Positions 8,913 to 21,600 of a stretch of 64,000 bases of DNA are shown here, in pieces. The notes under the pieces were generated by a model. It ran no database searches. It saw nothing but the letters and a program-made list of their open reading frames with translations, and was not told the DNA's origin. This DNA is from a virus: the IMG/VR virus record IMGVR_UViG_3300031760_000017. One strand, 5' to 3'. Position numbers and translations under genes: made by a program. Numbering within the stretch: the first letter of the stretch is position 1; each line of letters opens with the position of its first letter.

Positions 8913-10181
8913 TTACTCACCTAAGATTGTGCCATCGACATACTCAAGACGTTTTACAACAAAATCACGTATCTGCAAAATGTTGTTGTCCGTCTTTCCG
9001 GGGATCGTAATAAAAGCCCCGTCTGCTGTTGTCTCTGCATAATCCTCGGCATAAAGATATGGCGGAATCTGGCTTATGAACTTGTCGAACTCTCCGAGAA
9101 TATTTCCGGCAGAAAGTACGGTTTCTCTAAGTTCCTGATACCTTGCTATTACATCGCTCTGGAAAAGATTCCAAATACGATAATGCAGGTAGTTGTCCTC
9201 TTGAAACTGCGTATATCCGTTATAATTCTCTTGGAAGATTGTGTTATAAGGACGCCATGTTACTTCTTCCTGTCGCACAAGTCCGGTCATTCCCCACGTA
9301 GAATCCAAATCGTACAAACCTGTGTACCACTGTTCTGCATCATACGTAAAAAATGTCTGATTCTTTGCGATCAGGTCAATGGCACATATAGCCCTTACGA
9401 ATATATGCATATCAATGAGCGATTGCAGGTCAATCTTTGAATCTATCCCGGCTATAAACTGCGCATCTGTTGAATTACATATAAACGCCAGTACGGAAGT
9501 CCAACTATCGGCAATGACTGTTGGCATTTCATCGTGAAGTTCATCAGACCATTTTCCATTCATTGTCGGCTGTCTGAAAAACATCGTGTTATCATCAGCA
9601 AGCCCATCTGTCTGAATAATGCAGTTTGTTTCCTCGTCAGAATCCACACCGTACATACCGTCTTTCGGTAAATTCCATGTATAAAGACCATAGTATACAC
9701 CGTTGTGGTAGACCTTGACCGGGAATCCATCAATCGCAAGATTGCTCTTTCTCAGCGTAGCAGGTAGGGATGCAAAATTACTCCTTGACCTGACTGCCTG
9801 TGACCAAAGACGGGCATTAACAATATTTCTTGCATGGCTGTGGTCTATCCAGTTTGCTTTAAGGACAAACTTATTTCTAGGTTTATCCCAATCTCTGAAA
9901 AGACGTTTGCTCTTTGATTTTCTTGCGCTGTCTGTAAAAAGATTTATCGTGTAATTTTTCTTTGGATAGTAGGCAGATGAATCTCCTTGTACTTTAGCTG
10001 TAGCGTAATCCGTGAATGATTCCGTTGCGCTCTTGTATGTTATCTTAATGTTGCTCTTGCCTTCTGTCTTTGTCGCATACAGTTCACCCTCGATGGACAC
10101 AACTGGAATATCACCGTCATTGGGTTCATATCCGCCTACGTTTACAATATTTCCATGATAATCATAAATATAAGCCATCAT
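8913..10181 (-). CDS. Tail-associated or receptor-binding protein, possibly CotH-like. Standard code and GC-rich
   Basis: Intact 422-aa ORF with no TAG. GC is about 45%, against about 28% in the flanks. SD-like AGGGGTGA upstream. Confidence 0.5.
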   Translation of the reverse strand: MMAYIYDYHGNIVNVGGYEPNDGDIPVVSIEGELYATKTEGKSNIKITYKSATESFTDYATAKVQGDSSAYYPKKNYTINLFTDSARKSKSKRLFRDWDKPRNKFVLKANWIDHSHARNIVNARLWSQAVRSRSNFASLPATLRKSNLAIDGFPVKVYHNGVYYGLYTWNLPKDGMYGVDSDEETNCIIQTDGLADDNTMFFRQPTMNGKWSDELHDEMPTVIADSWTSVLAFICNSTDAQFIAGIDSKIDLQSLIDMHIFVRAICAIDLIAKNQTFFTYDAEQWYTGLYDLDSTWGMTGLVRQEEVTWRPYNTIFQENYNGYTQFQEDNYLHYRIWNLFQSDVIARYQELRETVLSAGNILGEFDKFISQIPPYLYAEDYAETTADGAFITIPGKTDNNILQIRDFVVKRLEYVDGTILGE

Positions 10182-10189
10182 ATCACCCC

Positions 10190-11014
10190 TTAAACAGTAA
10201 TATTCGTTCCGACAAGTTCATTGATTTCCTGATTGGATAATGCAACTTTATAGATTTTATAGAAATCTATTGTGCCTGACCACGGTTTAACTGTGCCACT
10301 TTCAACTATGCCAATCTTATAATTACCTACAGCGTCAGCGGTACTCGTTATAATGTCCTCTAAAGAGTAAACAAGGTCATCATCAACATAACTATGTATC
10401 AATAAGTGCTTTGAAAAGTTTCTTACTACGATAATTATATCGTGCGCAACATCCATACTAAAAGGTGTAGAGTTACCTCCAAGGTTTTTAAATGTTGTCC
10501 GTGTCATAATTTGTTCATTAGATACGGTTGTTGCAATTCTCAAGCCTGTAACGACACTTCCATTTAATCTGGATTTTGCGCTTGCGTCCAGTAGGAATGA
10601 AGCCTCAGTGGTAGGCTCCCACGTCCCCTTTATCAGGATCGTAAAATCCTCGTTATCCATATCATTTCTTGCAGGTACTCCGGTATCGACTGTAAATGCA
10701 CTCATATCTGTTCCATACGGCAACTCATAAATAACCCGGCTGTCTACACTCATGCTGAACAATGCATCTTTCAGGGCTTTGCCGTACTTCTCACCGTCCT
10801 CGGTATCCCAATATACATGCTCAAAACAGTCTATAAGGGCTGTCTTTACATTATCCGGCATAATGCTATATGCGGGAATTACAAGACCGTCTGAGCCGAT
10901 AGCAAGCACCCTCCCGGCATTTATAGCTCCCTGCTGTTTGTCAACTTTCTGACCATTTGAAATAGCTTCAATAAGTGCGTCAACCTTTGCACCTTCCCAA
11001 ATATTAACTGCCAT
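10190..11014 (-). CDS. Tail protein with a LamG/concanavalin-like domain. Standard code and GC-rich
   Basis: 274 aa. The C-terminal FYKIYKVALSNQEINEL is typical of the last LamG strand. GGAGGTG SD. ATGA overlap with the upstream gene. Confidence 0.5.
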   Translation of the reverse strand: MAVNIWEGAKVDALIEAISNGQKVDKQQGAINAGRVLAIGSDGLVIPAYSIMPDNVKTALIDCFEHVYWDTEDGEKYGKALKDALFSMSVDSRVIYELPYGTDMSAFTVDTGVPARNDMDNEDFTILIKGTWEPTTEASFLLDASAKSRLNGSVVTGLRIATTVSNEQIMTRTTFKNLGGNSTPFSMDVAHDIIIVVRNFSKHLLIHSYVDDDLVYSLEDIITSTADAVGNYKIGIVESGTVKPWSGTIDFYKIYKVALSNQEINELVGTNITV

Positions 11015-12087
11015 TATACACCTCCGTTATATGTAACCGTTGTTTCGAGTGTTGTAAGATTGGTTACGATTGTCAGTGATTCTCCTGTGTTCAGCGTTCG
11101 GACTTCTGTTATTGTTCCAGTACCATAAGTAAAAGCGTCCGTTCTTATAGCTACCGAATTACGACTGTGAGTAACCTGAGAAACCTTCCCATCGGTGAAC
11201 GTATATGCCTGAGTTGTATCAGGAACATCATCACTAAGAAGCATTAACTTATGTGTTAAATCCCCGGTAGTGCTGACCCATGCATTCCATGTAGAAGTAA
11301 ATGCACTATATGTTCTAACCCATACTTCTATGCTTGTTCTTCCCGACTTGTAAGTATAGGTCAACCGCTGAAACGTCCTACCTACATTGTTTCCAAAAAC
11401 TTCATGCCAAACTTCCAAAATTCCATGCTCACTATCGGCAGTAGGTTTGTGAAGATATGAATTATCAGTGTGAAGCATATACACACCGGGAGTCAATACG
11501 GTATTCAAGTCCGTTCCGTCAGCAAGCCTTTGAGGTTCTGTTAATGCACCTAAATCAGCCTTTATTTCCGTAAACTCATCTCCAACAGCTTTCGCATCAG
11601 CTGCAGTTCCAGTTATAGAAAGCGTATCATCTACTTCAATTTGTTTAGCATCAATAGCAGCATTTACTTCGGCTTTCGTATAAGTATTTGATGCGTTTGC
11701 TTTCTTATTTAACTCTGTTTTAACTGCCAACGCATCTGCAGCGGCACCTTCAATAGTTAAAGTTTTATCAACAATAACCGCACTTCCTACAGGATTTACA
11801 TTATCATCTAACCAATCAGTAGTATCCGCACTAATTTGTTTTCTTAAAAAATCATTTAATCTTGAATTAAATTCATTAGTGCTAATTTTATCTCCATCCA
11901 ATTCATCAATCTGATGTTGGAGATTTCCTTTTCCAGAAGAAGAAATATCGACACTTCCTAAAGCATCTAATAAAGTATGATTATTTTCATCCCACTAAAC
12001 ATTTTGGACATTCACACTAATAGGAATTTCTCCAGTATAAGTGCCATTCTTTTGCTTTATTTTTATAGCCTTTATTTTATCAGCCAT
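11014..12087 (-). CDS. Chimeric tail fibre. The AT-rich, TAG-containing N-terminus of about 62 aa is fused to a GC-rich, TAG-free C-terminal domain of about 295 aa
   Basis: The track ORF 11014..11901 extends upstream through one in-frame TAG to the ATG at 12085-12087, which has an AAAGGAGG SD. The C-terminal part carries tail-fibre repeats such as TIEGAAADALAVKTEL and ITGTAADAKAVGDE. Confidence 0.6.
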
Positions 12088-12106
12088 AAAACTTCTTCCT
12101 CCTTTC

Positions 12107-12424
12107 TTAAACATAATTTTCTAATTTATTAAAAATTTTATTAGTCACATATATAATTTCATCTCTATAAGTTGAAATTAAATCCGCAACTAACTCCTAT
12201 TGTTCAATAGTAAGATTTACATTATAAGAAAACATTGCAGCATGTGTAATTTCATGACATAAAACTTTCCTTAATAGTTTACCAGTTAGCGTCTCATTTA
12301 TGTATATAGTTCTAGTCAAATTATCACATGCACCTATTGAAAAATCTCCAGACTTTCTTCTTAAAAGAGGAAAGTCTGGAGATACAAAAGCAAGTTTCCA
12401 ATATGTGTTATTTATTAAAAACAT
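12107..12424 (-). CDS. ImmA/IrrE-family (COG2856-like) zinc metallopeptidase with an HEITH motif. One in-frame TAG
   Basis: The HExxH motif (HEITH) is present. The ORF extends through a TAG to TAA 12107-12109. It lies directly upstream of the tail-fibre gene. Confidence 0.45.
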
Positions 12425-12449
12425 TAAGAAATTTTGTTTGCTAGCGTTG

Positions 12450-12611
12450 TCATTTTTTGACGTAAGGTTTATTACCCATATAATTATTATATGGGGTGTT
12501 GCTCAATAACATGTTATTGCTCCCATAAGGAAATTGTACTTGCGGTTGCCCCATCATTCCGCTCATAAGCTGAGGCTGTTGCAAATAGTTAGAATTATTG
12601 TAATTTGCCAT
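12450..12611 (-). CDS. Small Q/N-rich protein, 53 aa
   Basis: ATG with GGAGGAAAG SD. Ends in TGA. Confidence 0.4.
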   Translation of the reverse strand: MANYNNSNYLQQPQLMSGMMGQPQVQFPYGSNNMLLSNTPYNNYMGNKPYVKK

Positions 12612-12757
12612 TACTTTCCTCCAATCGAGATCTCTTTTTACTTTTTGAATTATTTAACAGTTACTAAATTTTCGCGAAAAAAGAAAGAGTTTTTTCTTTC
12701 CACATATATATAAAAATTTCTACTATTAAATTAATTACATTTGACCAAAAAATTGAG

Positions 12758-12786
12758 TTGACAAAAATAAAAATTTTTTGTATAAT
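12758..12786 (+). promoter_or_regulatory. Sigma70-like promoter: TTGACA, 17 bp, TATAAT
   Basis: Exact consensus hexamers with 17-bp spacing, upstream of the resolvase gene. Confidence 0.6.
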
Positions 12787-12810
12787 ACAGATAAGAAAGA
12801 GGTGTAATTT

Positions 12811-13299
12811 ATGAAAATATTATCATTAGATTTATCAACAAAATCTTCTGGTTGGTGTGTAGGAGAAGATGGAGTTATAAAATCTCACGGATGCATTACC
12901 GCATCATCAAAAGATGTGATTCAAAGAATTATAAAGATGCGGAGTTAGTTATCTGCAATTATATAGAAAAATAAAATAGATAAAATTGTTATGGAATAGG
13001 TACGACCTGACTTTAATTCACATACGAGTAAGGTATTAATGTGGCTTCAAGCAGCAATTGCAATTGCCGCACACTAGATTAATCCGAAGATTTAGTTTTA
13101 GTTCATCGGACCTAGTGAATGGCGTGCCGCATTAAAATTTAAGCAAGGTCGCGGAGTAAAAAGAGATAATTTAAAATCACAAGATATACAATATGTTAAA
13201 GATAAATATAGCACAGATGTAAATGATGACTAGGCAGACGCAATATGTCTTTTTGACGCTTATTCAGAAAAATTTGATAATGAAATAAATTGGGAATAA
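12811..13299 (+). CDS. RuvC-like Holliday junction resolvase, 162 aa, TAG-recoded
   Basis: The N-terminus MKILSLDLSTKSSGWCVGEDG is typical of phage RuvC-like resolvases. Five or more in-frame TAGs. Ends in TAA. Confidence 0.6.
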
Positions 13300-13603
13300 A
13301 AAAGACTAATCTTATTCAAGATTAGTCTTTTTTATTTTATTATTCTTCTTCTTTTTTATCCTATTCTTTTAAATCATCTAAAGGAATCTTATTAACCTTT
13401 CTAGATTTCATAGATTGAACAGTATAATCATTCTAAATCTTCTGTTTTTTTACTATTTTCCAAATCTATTGAAATAAAAAGAATTTAATTAAAAAAGGAA
13501 GCTATGATTTATTAAACTCCTAAATAATTTTCTATTGAAAATTATAACACATTAAATTATAATCATTTTCATTCATTTTTAATACCTCTTATCTATAATT
13601 ATA

Positions 13604-16600
13604 TCAATCTATATAACCAACCCATCCTCTATACGGACTACCATATGAATGTCCATCATACCATCTTCCAAGAGCATAACCCCATTCAAAATAAAGAATC
13701 CGAGGAGAACTTGAATCATTTGGATCTGCATGCTCGATCCATATATCTGTAACAATCTGTCCCCAAGAAACTTTTTGATTATCATAAGTAAAATAATCAG
13801 CTTCTAATTCTTCAGTTGAAAGATAATCTGATCTAATTTGTGAAGCAGTCAAATAATCTGATCTAATTTGTGAAGCAGTTAGATAATTTGCATTAAGAGT
13901 TTGAGTAGAAACATAATTTGCTTTAACTTGATTAAATTCTGCTTTATCAGCATATAATGTATCACATTTTATAATCATCTTATCAGTCAAACTTCCAGAA
14001 TAATAACTGTTGGTCATATCACTAGCCATAACAGTATTAGGATCTAACCAAGAGTCACCTGAGCCTCCTATAGTAAAACCATATCCATTTAAGGACTGTC
14101 CACTCATAACCTATCCATAAATTTTCCCAAAATAAGCATCTCCATTTGCGCTAATAGACCAAGAAGGACCAGATATACTACCCTCATAATCAAGAGAAAG
14201 ATTACCAGCTTTTAAATCATAAGTATTAATATTCCATCCGCCTATCTGTCCGGAGCTTGCATTTATCTCGCCTGATAAATTTACATTAGATGCTGTTAGA
14301 TTACCATTATTATCAACAGAAAATCTAGAACCAAGAGCAATTTCATCAGTTCCAATATAAACGCTTCTATTATTTCCTTTTGTTCCAAAAGAAATTGAAC
14401 TTAAATTAGCTGTAAAATCTCCTTTAATAGTCCAATGATTTCCAGATAAATACCCCATTTCTAAAGTCGCAGGTTTTATTGTTCCATTATCTGAATATCT
14501 ATTAGTAAATCTAAAAGAATTTCCTAAAGATAAGCCAAGAGGAGATAAATGAAAACCATCAGCTGTATTAGTTAATTCTGTTTTATTTCCACTATAAATA
14601 CGACTACGATCAGCTTCTAAAGTAATTTTTTGACTATTTAAAGAATTACTTTCAGTACCAATTAATTTAGTACCATTTATAGTCCAACCGCCAATTTGAC
14701 CAGATGTTGCGGTAATTTTCCCACTTAAATCTGTATTAGTAGCAACTAAATTTCCATTAGAATCTACTTTAAAACGTCCTGAACCATATCTTATTTCAGG
14801 TTTTGTTAAATCAATTAATAAACCTTGACCTTTTTCATTACTAGATGTATAATTAGATGGTAAGCCATTTTCATTATAATTTTTCCAAAAATTACCACTA
14901 TATAATAAAGCATGACTAGTACTTGGATCTATTACAATTTGCCCATTGTTAGCTTTTCCAAATAACGCAGAACCATTTTCACTATTTAAAAAGAAAGTTC
15001 TATCACCTTTATTATATCCTAATAATCCAATGTCAGGAGCAGTCTTATCTGGATTTTTAACTTCACCCATTAAAACTCCAGTAAAACTATTATCATTTTC
15101 TTTTTTACCTGCGCCCATTTGCGGAGCTAAGATATAACCACCCTTATCATCTAATTGAATACTGTTGCCATCCCAAGCGTTAATATGAGCTAATCCATAT
15201 TTATTTAATAAGAAATGAATAGGAATATGAATTCTAGCAATAACCTAATTATTATTAACACTTTTAACAGTACATACTAAAGCATTATTAACACACTAGC
15301 CGCTATACCTTGAAGCTGGTCGACATATGCATTGATTCTTTTGTAAATTTTTAGTATAATAACTCTAAGTTAATAACTCTAAATCATGAGAATCGTTATT
15401 ATAAGGAAACTAATCATACTAACCTACTTCAATCTAATGTGTCTGTATTATATTTATAACATCACCATTAACTGAATAACTAAAATTAACTGCATGACTT
15501 CCAGAAACTAATGATATATCTTCCCATTTATTATTTATTTTTTCTTTAATAATAAATTCAAAAGGTTTAGAATTGTCATATTGAGGAGATAAACCATCAG
15601 AACTATACATGACATATCTAAATCCAGTATAATCTTTTAATTCAATTCTATAATTATCATTTTTAACCCATGCAGTTGCAATAGGCAATGTACTATAATA
15701 TGAGTGCTGATTATAAGTTATTGTGCATTTTAGAATATCTGCTAATGTTTGCGTAAAAGTAGTGTCTATTGGATGTGCTGTTGTATTCACATATGAAATA
15801 AGTCCAGTATTAGCATTTACAATATTAAAAGAACTTTCATCAGTAAAATTTGTTTTATAAAAATTCTTTAACATGTTCCAAGTTACAGAACTAGGACTAG
15901 TTACACCATCTTTTGGATTTGCGGCAGTTGAAGTTCCTTCCCAAATCAAATCTCCACTTTGCCATAGCTGAGCTTTAAATAAGGTTTTTCCAACATTAAA
16001 TCCTGCAGTTTGCTACTATCCAGTTCCGCTTGCCGCAAAATTAATAATATAAGAATTAGAATCTCCTATTGCTGTTAAAGTAGGGTAAATAGGTAATATT
16101 TTTGCTGTACTATTTGGAACAATTTTCACAATATATTGGGTCCCATTTGTACCAGGTTCTCCCTATTTTACAAAAGTAAAGTTAGTTTTTGCAACTAAAT
16201 TAATCTACTTATAAGTTACAAATAATTCAATCTGATTATTTAATTTTTTTACATCATATTTTTGTGCAATATCATAAACTAAAGTATCTAAATTTGAATA
16301 ATATCTATAACCTTCCTATTCAACTGCCCATGTTTTATTGTTTTTGTCAACTAATAAAGTATTTTCAATAGGAATTTTCCAAGTAACTTGTCTTTTCTTT
16401 ATATCATCAGTAATATCATTCCCTAAATTATCATATACCTTAAAAGTTAAAGCTAAAATCTATTGCGGATCATCTAAACTTTTACTATTAGGCGCAATAC
16501 CATTCTAATTATATTTATATGATGCAGAGCCATTTTCAATAATTAGTGAATATATATTTTCCGCCTATAAAGAATTACTTAAAGTAATTGAAGCTGTTCC

Positions 16601-18295
16601 TATATAATTATGATTTAAATCTTCTACCGTACATTTAAATATAGCAAATCCATCTATTGCATTAACTTGTAAATCATAAATTTTATTTTTACTTACTCTT
16701 TGTGTATATTTAAAATTAGAAAGAGTAGTTTCATAATTATTTAGTTCTTGTTGTGCTTCATTTTTAAATCTAGTTCCAGCTTGAATACTATTTTTTAATG
16801 ACTGCAAAGCATTATAAGTAGTTGTATAGTTATTATTTAATTCAGTCGTTGTTTCTAAAGCTTCTAATCCACAGTTATTATTTTGCCAAGCCCAATAGTA
16901 ATTATAATTTTGTATATTTTCAACTCCATTTACTTTACAAGTTAATGTTGGATGTCCAATATCATAATAAAATTGAGTGCCACTATCTGACTATATTATA
17001 ATATCTGCCGCATTAGCTTGTAAATTTTGAATTGTGATTTCCTTAGAAATAACTGTATTATCATATAAAACCGCAACTTTTAATTTATTTTCTCTTGCAG
17101 TTGCATCTTCTCGATAAACTATATAAGTACTATCTCCAGGCACCCATTCTATTTGAGGAGCTTGAGTTGCAGTTCCAGGTGAAATAATATTTTTTTCATT
17201 TACACATTTCCAACCGCGTCCTAAATGTTGATTATAATACTAACTATTTGCAAAAATACCAACATTTTCTTTTCCCCAATAGAAAGATAAATTTTGAGAA
17301 TCTGATACTAATTTTCCTTTTATTCTTACCTGTGCGGTAACTATTAATTCTTCTTTTGGAGAAGGATTTGTAGCTTGTTTAAAGAAAATACCTTTTGGAG
17401 TATAAAATGAAATAGATATTCCATTATTTTCTTCATCGCTTTTTCTTATAGCACCTAAAATTTCAACAGAAGAAATAAAGATATTTACTCCATTATCTGT
17501 TGATCTTAAAGGATAATGCTAAGGTGTCCCGGATGCTGAATTAGGAAAATCCTAGCAAAAGATTTCAATAGAATCAATTCTAACAAAGTTTTCTCCATCT
17601 ATTTCAAAAATCTAATATTGTCTAGTATTATGTTCAAATCTATAAGGATTACCTGTCATATTATCTTCATCAAGCGTATAGCTTTTAATTATCTATTTAG
17701 AATTTCCATTAGATTCTAAATTAGAATTATCATTAAATACTAAATTAAAAGTTATACCATAATGACCTTGATATTGTTCCTATAATGGAATAGTATTTCT
17801 TATAGTCATTCCTGCAATTAAAGAAGATGCTTTTTTAATATATTGATTTAAAGCATCATTATCTAATTTTAGCGGTGATGAGCTAACTCCATATTTATAA
17901 ATAACATAACTATATTTCTTATATTTTGTAGCTAAATAATAAATGCCGCTTGTTGTAACGCAATTCTTACCTAATATATCATATGCCTACTATCCAACCG
18001 CTTCAGAAACATAGTTAATTCCAAGTTTCTAAGTTGTACCAAGAATAGTTTTATCTTTGCTCATATCATTTCCTGGAACTAAAATATAAACATATGCACC
18101 TTTAGAATAAGTAATATCTGCCGAACCCGCATACGCAAAAAAAGTTGTATCTTGATAACGACATTTATATTTTCCTATTGTCGCATCTTCACAAGAAATA
18201 ATTTGAGCTTGAATAGTTTTATCATATCCAGCTTTTTTTATTGAATTATTAGTTAATAATTCAATCGCGTCTAAAATTTTCTAATTAACGCCCAT
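13604..18295 (-). CDS. Giant tail-fibre or tail-associated protein, about 1,560 aa, TAG-recoded with about 40 in-frame TAGs
   Basis: The minus-strand ORFs 13604.., 14111.., 15434.. and 16565.. all share one frame and are separated only by TAG. The ATG at 18293-18295 has a GGAGATAAAAG SD. No TAA or TGA was found in the frame. Confidence 0.6.
13821..13940 (-). repeat. Tandem 30-nt coding repeat, about 4 copies, encoding an xYLTASQIRSD repeat
   Basis: Direct repeats of ataatctgatctaatttgtgaagcag. Confidence 0.7.
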
Positions 18296-18383
18296 CTTTT
18301 ATCTCCTTATATCTCTTGTCTTTTATATTATAACATAAATTTTTTATTTCTTCAAACCAGTTTAAAGAATATTATGTTAAATT

Positions 18384-18548
18384 TCATATTTTTCTTGTTT
18401 TTAGAACTCCATCATAATTATATCTAGTTATCTAAAAAAAATCTTGTTTTGAAATTTTTTCTTCTTTAACTAAATTTATCATATCTATGAGTTCATAAGC
18501 TCCACAATTCCATTTTTCTTGAATTTTAATTAAATTAAATTCTTTCAT
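18384..18548 (-). CDS. Small hypothetical protein, 54 aa, one TAG
   Basis: ATG with AAAGGAGA SD. Ends in TGA. Confidence 0.4.
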
Positions 18549-18575
18549 TTATTTCTCCTTTTAAACAATAAAATA

Positions 18576-18604
18576 AGGAAATAGTATTAAAATACTATTT
18601 CCTT
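18576..18604. terminator. Hairpin terminator downstream of the tape-measure gene
   Basis: AAGGAAATAGTATT-AAAA-TACTATTTCCTT. Confidence 0.6.
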
Positions 18605-18611
18605 ATTATTT

Positions 18612-21600
18612 TTATTTTCTTCTCATAGCACGTTGAGCCGCTAAATTAACTAAATCATTTAAAGCTTCTTCAATCTATTGTTTACTATTTACAGCAGGGA
18701 AAGATGCTGAAATCTGAACTTTTTGATCAATAACATCACTAAGAGTTGAAGCTGAATTTAAAGAAAATCTATCAGTAGAGATTTTCCCAATTTTATTTAA
18801 TAAAGATGTTCCTATATTTTTTGTAATAGATCTTAAAATAGAAACACTATTTAAAATATTTCTAGTATCTTCTGAATTTAAAACTAATTCTTTTTCATCC
18901 AATATTGCTAAACGACCTTGTTTTGAATTCCAACTTCCTGTATATCCACCTGTATCATATCTTTTTATTTTTCTATTATAAAGTCCAACAGGATCATTTA
19001 TATTCATATGAAGAACGTCATGATTATCTAAATGTCTAAGATCTCCAACTCTATTGCTATTATAATCATAGACTCCATTATCAGCTCCTCTTCCCCATCT
19101 ATAATGATTTTCTGAGCCATTAGGATAATATGTTTCAGATTCAGGCTCTTCATAAGAAACAGTATCTTGCATTCTGTTTAAAGCATCTTGATAGCGGTCA
19201 GCAGCAGACTACATTCTACTAGCATTAGCTTCTGCATTACTTGCTAAAGCATCTAAAGCCGCTTGAGCTTCATTACTATAATCCCAATCAGCATCCGCCA
19301 TTCGAATCCTCATATCTTCATAAGTCTGCGCAGTTGCCTAAGCTGATGCGGCAGCCTATTGCTAAGCTTGAACGAAATCATATAATTGAGTAACTGCATT
19401 TGCCGCAGCTGTATAAACAGAATCATAATCATAAACAAGAGCTTGAGCAGCATCTCTTAAATCTTGAATAGCAGATAATTCATCAGCCATTCTATTGATT
19501 AAATCATCATTAACTTCAATTAATCCAGTAAATTCATCTATTAAATTATCTACTCCATTTTGAACATCATTTAAATCTATACCAGCAGTATTAGCTAAAC
19601 TATCAAGTTCTTGCTAATAATTAAAAGTAGCCTCATGAATCTCTTCAAAAGCTTCTTGACAAGATGGTATAAAACCGCCCTATCCCGCAACTTTATCAGA
19701 CATCTATTGAATACCGCTATTCCATGCTGGAACTAAATCGCCCATTAGAATACCTTTTTCATCATCTGTCATCTTTTGATAATTTGCAACATCTATGTTA
19801 TAAATTGCGGCAATCTCATTAAAAGCAGATTCAGTTAGATTTTTTCTAATATCAGAATTTTGTTGAGCTTTATTATTAATATATTCTCCATATTGCTCTT
19901 TTAATAAAGCTAGCTATCTAACTCTTTCTTCTTCTGTTAAAGAAGTATCAGTAACTATATCTTTATATTTCTATTGGAAATCTCTCCAAGCAGAAAGCAT
20001 TTCCTATAAATTATTTTGATAACGCTATTTATCAAAATTATATAATTCATTTTGAGCACTAATTAATCCTTGTTCAGCATCAAAAATACCATTTTGATCA
20101 GCAACATATTGATAAGAATAGTTACCTTGTGAATCACGTTTTAATCTTAAAGAAGTTTTACTTGCTCTTATATCTTCTAAAGCAATTCGTGCTTGTTCAA
20201 TTTGAAGCATCTTCTACGCTCTATCTACATCATATTGAGTAATCTTCTATTTATTCTTTAAATTATCTAATTGCTCATCCATAACTTTCTTTAAAGCTTG
20301 TTGATGTTTCAATTGATTTGGATTATTTAATGATTTTTGGAACTTATTTTGTAAATCCTGAAGAGCAAAAGCAGCATTAATTGTATCTAAGTATTCATCC
20401 GCATTTTTATTCATTAAATCCCATTCATCACTTAAATAATCAGTACCTTTTCCGTCTGTAATTTTCTTATCTAGCTAATCAAAAATTTTATCAATAGCAT
20501 TACTGTATTTTTCACTGATTGTTTTTGCGGAAGTTTCTATTAAAGAATTGATTTCCTTAATAGCGTTTTTATAATTTTCTTCAAATTGTTTTGCCGCATT
20601 AGTATCTCCCGCTAATAAAGCTTGCTACCATTCTTGTTTCCAAAAAGCAATCTATTTTCTTAAAGCATCTATTTGATTATTTTGATTTTTTTCTAATTCA
20701 GCATAATAATTTTCCATAGCTTCATAATTTTCATCACCATAAAGCAATTTTAATAAATCCATATCATGCTAAATTAAATCATTAATAAAATCATAATCAT
20801 CTTGTTGTTTCTCAAATTGTTTAGAAATATCATCAATAGTATCTAAATAAGCTTTATCAATATCCGCAATTAAATCTTCAATATCCTACATTTGTTTCAT
20901 TAATTCGGATAAATCACTTTTTAAATCCGCCATAGCTTGTGCTTTATTATTACCATAAATTGCGGAAGTTCCTTTTTTATCTATATCTTCTATTTCTTTA
21001 CGAGTATTTAATAATTGCTATGTTAATTTTTGAACAGTACCTATTGAACCATTTATATTAAAGAAAGAATCTAAATCCATAACATTTTTAGTAGCATCTT
21101 TAAAAATCTTATCGAAATCAGTATCTTTCATAAAATCAGTTTTATTAATTACATTTCTTACAAACTAATTCCAATCTTTTGCAGCTTCGCCCATCTATAA
21201 TCGAATTTCAAGCTACATTCTAAATTTTTTAATATTAATTTCAATCTACTTTTGGGCAATCTATTCAATCTAATCTACTATATCTTCCATGCTATTTCTT
21301 AAAGAATCATAATCTTTAATTTTAGCTTGAGTATTTTTTAAATCTTCTTGAGCAGATTGCACAGCTTTATCATAAGCTGAAATTTGTTTATCTAATCCTT
21401 CTTTATAAGTTTTATCAGTAGAAGCATTATAAGATTCAATTAAACTATTCTATTCATTTATTAATCTATTAACCGCATCTTGTTTAGCTTGTAATATAGA
21501 CATATAATCATTTATATTTCCATATTCATCAAAAGTAACTCCTAATGAATTTAGAATTTGCTGTTGATTAGCTAAATCTTGTCTTTGAAGCTATTGCTTT

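Noticed and set aside
9183-9954. Plus-strand ORFs 9183..9440 and 9715..9954
   Set aside because: Antisense within the well-supported 422-aa tail-protein gene.
13821-13940. Tandem 30-nt repeats, considered as a possible CRISPR or minisatellite
   Set aside because: The repeats are contiguous with no spacers and in frame. They encode a peptide repeat within a tail protein.
14111-15949. Treating 13604.., 14111.. and 15434.. as separate genes, as in the ORF track
   Set aside because: They share one frame, are separated only by TAG, and lack ribosome-binding sites. The frame stays open through 15119-15433 and upstream of 15949, so they are merged into the giant recoded gene.
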